Part shown: piece by piece, positions 54,509 through 64,000 of the stretch | Layout: every line of letters begins with the position of its first letter | Numbering within the stretch: the stretch's first letter is position 1 | Source: Octopus sinensis | Lineage: Eukaryota | Direction: 5' to 3' | DNA: 64,000 nt | Assembly: GCF_006345805.1 (NCBI RefSeq) | Contig: NC_043003.1 | Coordinates: 56,234,001 to 56,298,000, forward strand | Notes under the pieces: generated by a model | Seen by the model: the letters and a program-made list of their open reading frames with translations, nothing else | What the model was told of the DNA's origin: nothing | Database searches by the model: none | Translations under genes and position numbers: made by a program

Positions 54509-55827
54509 TAACAACAAAGATGAGGAGAAATGTCGAACGTAAATAATGTATAGGTGAGACATGTTTTATGAGGTACACCAGTATAAGCAACCATTTATAT
54601 ACGGATAAGCATCTTCATTTTCTGAATTGTATTTTTCTATGGAGGTTTGTGAAAATTAATCATTTTTAATTAAAGAAAATTTATTTCAAATGCTGTCACT
54701 GTATCAAGAAATTGATGATAATATCAAACTTATTTTTAAATAGATTTATACGAATCTGTGAATACACAAAGTTATATGCGATTATATCTTTAACTATTTT
54801 CTATCTATCTGTCTATCTATCTATTTATTTGTCTGTCTGTTTGTCTACTAGTCTGTCTATACAATACACTCATTCACACATATGTACAAACACACCACAC
54901 ATGCACACACACTCACAAAGACAGACACACACACGCTCACACACACACACACACACACACACACTTACACACACACATAGTGTCTTGTCTTTTGTAATGA
55001 GTCTATTAAGTAAAGATTAATTATTTATATTTGTTTGTTCCAATCTTACAATTTTGCCATTCGACATTGCCCCTTTCAGTGAGGAGTTTTGTACTCTCAG
55101 TCATTTTCATGAAAAGGAAATGAGATTTCGAACCAGCCTAACGTGTTCTGGGGCCTATTAAAGATACTAACTGAAAGTGTTAGAGAGGAAATTATTTTTT
55201 GTCGCCTTTAATGATGAAGAAGAGCGGACAGCTGTTCAGAAGCTCGGTACTGTGTTTCACTTCCATATTATCCAGCTCATAGTTAATGAAGGCATTCCAG
55301 TTAGTGTAATTTTCTTGATGGGAGTTTTGTCGGCCCCGTTACCCCATTTGTCACTTACGAAAGGATAAAGACCGTGTATAATTTTTTGGAATATTAATAT
55401 TGTTCGATAATGCTGTGGAAGCAATACACTCTCTTTCTGGAGACATTTAGCAAAAAGAATTATGCCCGACTTTAAATCTAACGTCATCCTTTTCTCGATT
55501 TTATAGTCAATAGTATAAGTTAGATTACAAGAAAGGAAACGTGAGTACTCCACCCCTCCACAACGATTTGTTAGTCGCGCACCTGATGCATCCACTATGT
55601 ATTTAGTTTCAAAACAATAAGACCACGGTAAATTTTCAGAAACTCAAATAATGAATACGAGAGCAGCATATATCACATCAAGCAAATGAGCTTCTCTGCG
55701 GCCCCGCCTCCTGCACATATGTCAGTCAAATCTTCCTAAAGTCATCTCAAGTAGATTTGGTCAATCTTGATCTTATCCTAGAAAAAAAAAAGGATATGTA
55801 ACTCTGGATATATGTTCTATAAGTTCA

Positions 55828-56245
55828 GGTATTTCTTTATTGCCCGCAAGGGACTAAACACAGAGGGGACAAAGAAAGACGGACAAAGGAATTAAGTCGA
55901 TAACATCGACCCCAGTGAGTAACAGGTACTTATTTAATCGACCCCGAAAGGATGAAAGACAAAGTCGACTTCGGATGAATTTGAACTCAGAACGTAGCGG
56001 CAGACGAAATACCTATTTCTTTACTACCCACAAGGGGCTAAACACAGAGAGGACAATCAAGGAGAGACAAACGGATTAAGTCGATTATATCGACCCCGGT
56101 GCGTAAATGGTACTTATTTATTCGACCCCGAAATGATGAAAGGCAAAGTCGACCTCGGCGTAATTTGAACTCAGAACGTAGTGGTAGACGAAATACCGCT
56201 AAGCATTTCGCCTGGCGTGCTAACATTGCTGTCATCTCGCCGCCC
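55828..56245 (-). mobile_element. tRNA-derived SINE with internal duplication (family of 25258)
   Basis: Reverse complement colinear with 25258 and 57937. Confidence 0.88.
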
Positions 56246-56338
56246 AAATACAAGTTGAGGTAGTCAGAACTGGGAAGTCTATGTACTAGACCTGCCTGAT
56301 CCCAGCTGGCTTAGTATTAAATAACAATAATATCTACT

Positions 56339-56520
56339 AAGGCGGCGAACTGGCAGAATCATTTGCACACCCGAGAAAAATGCTTAGTAACATTTCATTT
56401 GTCTTTACGTTCTAGGTTCAAATTCTGCCGAAGTCGACTGCCCCTTCCATTCTTCCATAGTTGATATAATTGGTACCAATTGATAACCTAAACTGATATA
56501 ATCAAATTACACCTTTTCCC
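56339..56520 (+). mobile_element. Degenerate SINE (family of 25258), head-to-head with 55828
   Basis: aggcggcgaactggcagaa...ggttcaaattctgccg. Confidence 0.75.
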
Positions 56521-56812
56521 GGACTTGCTGCTCGTGCGCTGTCAGTTTTTGAACTCGTCACAATATGAGTCTGAGCAGAACACCCTAACCGCTAAACCAC
56601 GTGCCCTGACAAAAGGTACCTAATAGATCTAAATTAACAGATTCTTTGGCAATGGATTATGTCATGATTGCATTACGCTTGTACGTTTAAAACTCACACA
56701 GTTAGAGTTACTGCCGCTGATTCTATCTCCGCTATTTAAACATAATACATAACGACAAGTATCTTCTTTACTGCCATATAATTATTTTCTTTCTCATAGT
56801 TTATACCTTCTT

Positions 56813-56863
56813 CTGTCTATCCAACTATCTGAAGAAACACTTTGAGATCGAAACGTCATAGAC
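56813..56863 (+). ncRNA. Degenerate minimal hammerhead motif
   Basis: ctat-CUGAAGA(56829-56835)-weak stem II-GAAA-CG-U-C-atag; upstream tgtctat also pairs with atagaca. Confidence 0.5.
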
Positions 56864-57111
56864 ACACTTTCTTCATCTTAAGCGTTAAACTTGTAAATTG
56901 CCCTTTTTCTCACTTTCTCTTCTGTGTTTCTGTCGTAAATTTTGGACTTCTGTATTTGTATGTGTAGCAGCACCCCAGCATGGACACGGCCACATTGCTG
57001 AAATGAGTAAACGAGTAAAAGAGTAAAAGAGTGTGGCCGTATATATTATACATAAATACGTACTTCATACATACATACATACATACATACATACATACAT
57101 ACATACATACA

Positions 57112-57189
<78 letters not shown>

Positions 57190-57936
57190 TAGATAATTAT
57201 GTGTCTGTGAATGCGTATATGTATATATGGTTGTATATGTAAACGTTGCGATTCAACCAAAGTGTCTTTAATATTATCCCATGATGCATTGTACACATTG
57301 TACACATTGTACACACTGTATACACTCTACGCATGACTTTCAATGAATAGAATAATTAATATACAACTAAGTGCAAACATAACATTTTAAACAGCAAACC
57401 ACGAAATTGCGTGATGTTTTCGAGTTTTCTTCATGTTTATTCTTGTGTCTTTCTTCGCGTCTTCCTCCATTTCTTCCTTCCTTCTTTCTCTTCCTTCCTA
57501 CCTTCGCCTCCTATTGTTATAAACGTACAGCCTCCTACTCTTGTTGCTTCTGCTCCTCTACCTGACTTACTCCTTCCTTTTACCACGATCATGACCACGA
57601 CGACCACCATCACTCCCTCACCAGCACCACCACAATCACTACCAACACCACTATCATCATCATTATTTTTTTATTTGACTCAGGTTCGGTCTTATTCCCG
57701 GCAGGATTTATACAGGTAGCGGATTACTACCTGTAACCTTAGGTATTCACTAGCTTTCAATAGTTTTTTCAAGTGCTTAGAACCCTCCTGATAATCCTTC
57801 CTGTCTCTAAGAGTCAAACTTTCTGCATAAGCTCTACAGGACATTTTATTTCAATCTCCTTTAGCCATTTTGCTATATTTTCACATAAAGTTTCCAATGC
57901 ACCAATTATTACAGGCACACCTTTTACGCTTTTCCG

Positions 57937-58325
57937 ACAGCTGGCAGAAACGTTAGCACGTCGGGCAAAACATCAAGCAGTATTTCGCCTGCCGTTACGT
58001 TGTGAGTTCAAATTTCACCGAGGTTGACTTTGCCTTTCATCCTTTCGGGGTCGATAAATTAAGTACCAGTTACGCACTGGGGTCGATGTAATCGACTTAA
58101 TACTTATGTCTGTCCTTGTTTGTCCCCTCTGTGCTTAGCCCCTTGCGGGTAATAAAGAAATGGATATTTCGTCTGCCTTTACATTCTGAGATCAAATTCC
58201 CCCGATGTCGACTTTGCCTTTCATCCTTCCGGGGGTCGAGAAATTAAGTACCATTTGAACACTGGGATCGATGTAATCGACAAGCTCCTTTCACTGAAAT
58301 TGCTGGCCCTGTGCCAAAATTTGAA
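57937..58325 (+). mobile_element. tRNA-derived SINE (family of 25258)
   Basis: Colinear with 25258-25657. Confidence 0.87.
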
Positions 58326-58377
58326 GTCGTCGTCGTCATCATCATCATTATTATTATTATTATCATTATTATTATTA

Positions 58378-60143
58378 ATGCACAGCGGCATGTTATGTGG
58401 TCAAAGTAAGCGACCACCTATCGTAGCCATTTGGCATCGCATGCTTGGTCTGTCAGAGCTGCCCGCTGTCACCTCTTCTATACGTGTTGGCACTTGAGTC
58501 ACTGTTGCGGAAGCTGGAACAGGTAAGGGGCATCCCTTTCAAACTGGAACAAGGAAGATGTCACCGTCATGGTGTCGGACTTCTCCGAAGTGTAGGCGGT
58601 CGGTACCATTCTATAGGAATATAAGTTGGTTGCAGGGGCTAAAATCAACCCCGACAAATCGGTTGGTTTGCGGTTGGGCTCCTGGAGAGGTAGGACGATG
58701 GCGACGGACCAGGTTGAGAAGAACTGGGACAAAGTGGCGAACAGAGTGGCCAGTCTTACCCAGAAATGGGCTAAAAGAAAACTGTCCCTGAAAGATCGGG
58801 CAGAGGTGGCGAAAGTTTACATTGCTTCTGTTATCATTTTTCACCTGACCTTCATGCCTTGTCCCGGTTACTGATTGACCAGCTTGGAGCGCCTCTTGTA
58901 TAAATTCTTGTGGAAGGGACTCGTTCCAATGGTCCGGCGGTCAGTCTGTTGCCAGCAACCTCTGAGTGGCGGATTACGTATGCCATAGCTCCTAATGCGC
59001 AGGTACGTGCTTATGTTACACCACTTGCAAAGTTTTCTGGACGGTGAGTGTGTGTAGGCATCGTTTGTGAGGCTCATCTTTCTGCAGCTCATTTCCTTGA
59101 CATGCCTACAGTCCTGTGTGAAGAAAAGTCTGAAACTGGGCGCCCGCCTGGCACCTACTATATAGTCCGGTGCTTACAACCCTCTACCAGTCGGACAATG
59201 GGATCAGTGGACGTTCTGCTTTAGAAATTTAGAGAGGATTAGTGGCGGGGAAGTGCAACGCCGTTCTCGGGGAGACTCAGAGCGCCGACGCGAGCGAACT
59301 AGCTAGTCTGTTCCAGATGACTCTCTGGTCGGGAAATATCATGGATAATTTCCAGATGTCCTTGGCCCGACATTACTACTAGGCGACGCTACCCGTTCGA
59401 GATAAACTCTACAGGGACGGATGTGTTGTCAGACGGACTTGTCTGAGGTGCACGCAGAGTTGCAAAGCCGTTCTGCATGACTTCATTCAGTGTCCCGGCA
59501 TTGCTGACATATTGGGTTAAGTTGATCAGCTGCTGTTCCATGTGAGACGGATCTGTCTGTTTGTAGTGATGATCGCACCGCCGCCCTCCTTCAATCGGGC
59601 AGGCAAGGCAGGTTTCCTTTGCCTGATGGCTGTGGCAAGAGAAGTTGTTTGATGGACAAGGCTGAAATGCATGAGGACAGATACATTCCAGTTTGGTAGA
59701 GCTCTCATTGACTTTTTAAAGTTTCGCTTGGAATGGAAATTAAGAGTGGAGAGGGAAGTGCTGTCCTCGAGTGAGTTTATTGAAAAGTGGGTGAAAGTTG
59801 CGATGGTACCTCGACGTGTAGACCTGTGAGTCGGAGAGAAGGAATTGGAGAGGACACTTGCTAAAAGGTTTTCAGGGAAATCTCGGACAGAGGGATTGCT
59901 CGATTATCCGTAGAGGCGTTCCTGTATCAGAAGGGCCACATCTCTTTCATCCTACCCACCATTTAAAAAAAAAAAACACTTTTGTTTGCAATACATATGT
60001 TCCTTCTTTTCCAGCGTATACCGTGTATACTTTATTTTTACTTTCATTTTTTTTATCATTTCATTAATATATGTAAACCCCAACACGTTATATCTGTCTC
60101 TGTTGTGTCACCTCATCCTTCGCTCTTGTGTCAAATAATGAAA
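58378..60143 (+). mobile_element. 5'-truncated decayed Tx1/L1-clade LINE in (ATT)n
   Basis: QSCPLSPLLYVLALE; GAKINPDKS; W..RKLSLKDRA; YKFLWKG; GGLRMP; C..C...LH.FIQCP; YADD region deleted; ends aataatgaaatc(att)n. Confidence 0.85.
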
Positions 60144-60189
60144 TCATTATTATTATTATTATCATTATTATTATTATTATCATTATTAT

Positions 60190-60273
60190 TATCGTTATCG
60201 TCGTTGCTATTATTATTATTATTATCGTTATCGTCGTTGCTATTATTATTATTATTATCGTTATCGTCGTTGC

Positions 60274-60306
<33 letters not shown>

Positions 60307-60321
60307 CGTTATCGTCGTTGC

Positions 60322-60363
<42 letters not shown>

Positions 60364-60440
60364 CGTTATCGTCGTTGCTATTATTATTATTATTATTATC
60401 GTTATCGTCGTTGCTATTATTATTATTATTATTATTATCG
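60190..60440. repeat. Composite VNTR: six atcgttatcgtcgttgct units separated by variable (ATT)n
   Basis: Directly visible. Confidence 0.92.
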
Positions 60441-61073
60441 ACATCATCAAAGCCTTTTTCTTCTTCTGCTTCTTATTTGAGTACTTCTTTTACTCATTAT
60501 GTACTGGGGTAAATTTTAGTATTCTGTACTCGCGGAAATGTGTTTATATTTAATTAATGCCGCTTCATACATTGAGGTGCTGGAGGCAGAGGTTAAACCT
60601 AAGGTGGTTGAAATTTGAAGTGAACGACTTTTAGCATTCTAAGAAATCTTAGCATTTAATAAAGCTCACGTAACCCTGGAATGAATGTCAGACAAATCTT
60701 ACGATTAAGTAACACCAAAATTATGACCTGTGAATTCGCCAAATTTAACTCCCATGAACTAATATCTGAAACGTTGTTCAAAATGAGACTAACTGATATC
60801 TATAAAATTCCATAGCTACACTAGACACCGCTAATGTCTAGGTGCTGTCAGAAAGGAATTTTGTGCACGTATTTCAACGAATCCGATTCTGCATTGAAGT
60901 CATAGAAACGGAATGTAGATTCAGCGAATAATCTTATAAGAAAACACACTCCGAAATATTCTCTATTCGAATGCATTTGTTTTTTTTTTGCTTTATTTCC
61001 TTTGGTTTGATTAATTTACCAAACATGTCCTGTATGTATACATACGTACGTACATGTGCATGTGTGTGTTTAT

Positions 61074-61167
<94 letters not shown>

Positions 61168-61232
61168 TATTTTTTCAGAATGAGATATAAAAACCAAGGC
61201 TGTGAAGATTTTAGAACTTTTATAAATAGTTA

Positions 61233-61280
61233 GTCTTACAGCTGTTTCCAGGATATTTATTATATCCCTTCATCGGAGAC
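61233..61280 (-). ncRNA. Type I hammerhead ribozyme with U4C core variant
   Basis: gtct-CCGAUGA-a-gggatat/atatcct stem II-g-GAAA-cagctg-UA-agac (GUA triplet). Confidence 0.65.
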
Positions 61281-61369
61281 GGTGTGAGAAAATACTTAAG
61301 CAATAGTTAATCTAGATAAGATACGAAATAGAGAGTGAAGTGGAGGAATGAAAATAGATGGGATATATG

Positions 61370-61660
61370 TAGGGATATTGCGGTTAGGGTGTTTGGCTCA
61401 CGATCGTAGGGTTGCGAGTTCGATTTCCGGCAGCAAGACACTTTTTTTCACGGCCTTCCCGCCCACTCAGCTGGTAAAAATGAGTAGTACCTGTCTTTTA
61501 AGGGGTCAACCATGCGACAATGTGTCACGCTGAGAAGTATGTGAAGAGGTCTGCGTGCCTGTGGTGTGCTTAGCCACTCGCACCTTAATCTCACGAGCAA
61601 GCTGTCCCGTTCATCGGATCAAGTGGAACCATCATCGTCGTAAGTGACGGAGTGCCAGTA
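61370..61660 (+). mobile_element. Degenerate tRNA/CORE-type SINE
   Basis: tRNA-like head gcgagttcgatttcc, then agcaagacact; tail related to 63862-64000. Confidence 0.7.
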
Positions 61661-61743
61661 TGTATGTATGTATGTATGCATGCATGCATGTATACAAGCA
61701 TGCCTGTATGTATATATGCATGATTGGCAGGTAGGAATATGTA

Positions 61744-62881
61744 CGAGTGTGAACTAAAAAGTTCACGACTATGGAGGAGTGACGCTAGAGGTGTAAAAGC
61801 TTGCCTGCATTATCAACCATTCTTAGTCATAGTTGTATTGTTTCCTTCCAGATAAACTGAGGTCTGATTCTTCAAAGATACTTCAAACTTCACTAGTAGT
61901 GACTTCTCTTGAAAATGGACAAATTTTCCGCATCGTGGTATTATCAACTACGTGAGGAAAACGGGTTTAGTCCTGCAATTTTTATCACCGAGGTATACGT
62001 TGATCGGATTCACCACATGGTGATAGATGACTGGCGATCGGCTATAAATCAAATAGCCAATGTTACTTTTATATAGCATGAAAGAGTCGAGAATATTGGC
62101 ACAACGAAGGTTTCTGCTCGCTGGGTACTATGTCTTTTGATACCTGATCAAAAGCCCATCAAGCTGTTCACATCAAGGGAAAATGTGACATTGCTCCAGA
62201 GACATCCAGCAGGTCTCCTTAAAGTTTCCTAACCCTGGATGAGAGGTGGGTTCATCACTTTGTGCCAGAGTCAAAAAGATAATACATGCAGTGGAAACAC
62301 CCAGCTTCACCTACTCCAGAGACGTCCAAGGACATTTAATCTACAACGAAGTTGATGGCCTCAGTTTCTTGAGATCAAATGACATTGTTTTTATTGACTA
62401 TATTCAAAAGGACGACACTATCAATGAAAAGTACTATGTCAAATTGAGCAGACAGTTACAAAAGGCCATCAAGACCAGACACTTAGGTAAATGAACGAAA
62501 GATGTCTTGCTTCTTCAAGACTATGTTCCACTTCATAAGTCTTTGGTATCAATAGCTGTTGTGCGTGACTGTGGCGTTGAACTGGTTGATCACCATCCCT
62601 GTTCTACAGATATTGCCCAGTCTGACTATGATGAGTTCCCCACCATGATCAAACACTTGACTGGGGACCAGTGACGCAGTGATGATACAATGTCTGCTGT
62701 TTATGACTTATTGTTACCAACGGGATTAAGTAAAGCTTTTCCAGCAATTGAATACAAGCACAGCAACACCAATGGCAGAAGTGTGTGGACAGCAAAGGAG
62801 AAGGCTACGTTGAAAAATAAACCTCATGTGGTCACATTCTAAGCTACTATCTTGGTTGGTCAGTGAACTTTTCAGACACCT

Positions 62882-62883
<2 letters not shown>
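61744..62883 (+). mobile_element. Decayed mariner (Tc1/mariner) DNA transposon
   Basis: TA plus TIR-like cgagtgtgaactaaaaagttcac; KVSARWV, TLDERWVHHF, LLQDYVPLH, HPCSTDIAQSDY, QWQKCV..GE.YVEK* motifs with stops and frameshifts; degraded right TIR. Confidence 0.88.
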
Positions 62884-62917
<34 letters not shown>

Positions 62918-63861
62918 CAAACACACACATATATATGTGTGTATATATACACATACGCATATATATATACACATACACATATACAGACACTCACTCACAC
63001 AGACATATATACATATACACACTCACACACGTATATATATATACGCACATACACGTATATGCATAAATACATGCATTCGTTGATACATACATTCATACAT
63101 GCATACATATATGTATACGTACATGCAAGCTTGCATCCATCCATCCGTCCACCCATACACACGTACATACATGCATGCATACATATATACATACATACAT
63201 ACATACATACATACATACATACATACATACATACATACACACACACATACATACATACATACATACATATAGCTGAGTTCAAATATCGGTGAAGTCATAT
63301 TTAATTTTTCGTTTTCTGAGGTTGAAAATATGATAACAGTTACTGCGAGGAAACGATTTAATCAAGTGTAACTACGCTCAAAATGTTGCTTTCCTGTGCC
63401 AAAGTTATAAATAATTGTCATTTCACAACTTCTTTCCTATTTATGCTTTGAATTTAATCAATACTACATCCTTTTCAAATTGATATAACTCCAAACTCAG
63501 AATTTACCGCTTTATTGATTTCAAAGAATATATCTATCGGTCTGTCAATTCATCTTTATGTGTGTATTTTCAGGCGCGCACTCACATGTACACACAGGCG
63601 CAGGCTCACCCGCACATGCGCACGCACGTACACACAAGTAAATATGTATGACTTGAACAGTCAAGAGCGAAACTATCAGCATTTCATACGATAAATGTAT
63701 CTATCCATTCCACCGAAAGTAGTGTGTTCTATATGAGATAATGTTTTCACTACGCAAAATAATGTTAAAATGCTTCACATCACTTATTGCAATATATAGA
63801 AGCATATATGAGTCTATCTGTCTATCAATCTGTCTAACTATTTATCTATACATTGAAGAAG

Positions 63862-64000
63862 CACTTCGTCGGTTACGACGACGAGGGTTCCGGTTAATCC
63901 GAATCAACGGAACAGCCTGCTCGTGAAATTAACGTGAGAGTGGCAGAGCACTCCACAGACACGTGTACCCATAACGTAGTTCTCGGGGATATTCAGCGTG
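63862..64000 (-). mobile_element. SINE 3' tail cut by the window edge
   Basis: Reverse complement resembles the tail at 61520-61660. Confidence 0.65.

Larger units (their letters stand above)
54116..54566 (+). mobile_element. tRNA-headed SINE-like element with HHR-bearing tail, preceded by a diverged inverted copy of the tail
   Basis: 54116-54291 is inverted relative to 54431-54550; tRNA-like head at 54309-54385; (AAT)n linker. Confidence 0.8.

Noticed and set aside
60190-60440. CRISPR-like repeat/spacer pattern (also 11893-12065)
   Set aside because: Spacers are microsatellites, there are no cas genes, and the context is eukaryotic.

Overview
AT-rich eukaryotic, microsatellite-dense DNA with no operons, rRNA, true tRNA genes or CRISPR. 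The SINE families look like the tRNA-derived/CORE SINEs of octopus, so a coleoid cephalopod genome is likely (inference). Nearly all ORFs in the track are read-through of simple repeats. Recognisable content: relics of R4/Dong-like, CR1-like and Tx1/L1-like LINEs, a decayed mariner, a Helitron-type non-autonomous element, many SINEs, a 5.3-kb 22-bp satellite with a 404-bp higher-order repeat, a short ARF-GTPase-like fragment between direct repeats, and weak candidate exons. The main unexplained signal is a set of minimal type I hammerhead ribozyme (HHR) motifs in several unrelated repeat families. Three carriers share an inverted-duplication architecture: a ~620-bp near-perfect palindrome (32804-33422), a 555-bp tandem array with an inverted 5' arm (41536-43130), and a tRNA-headed element with a diverged inverted copy (54116-54566). 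This suggests non-autonomous, Penelope-dependent retrozyme/SINE-like elements, several of them sitting in (TA)n. All folds and alignments were done by eye; repeat boundaries are approximate.
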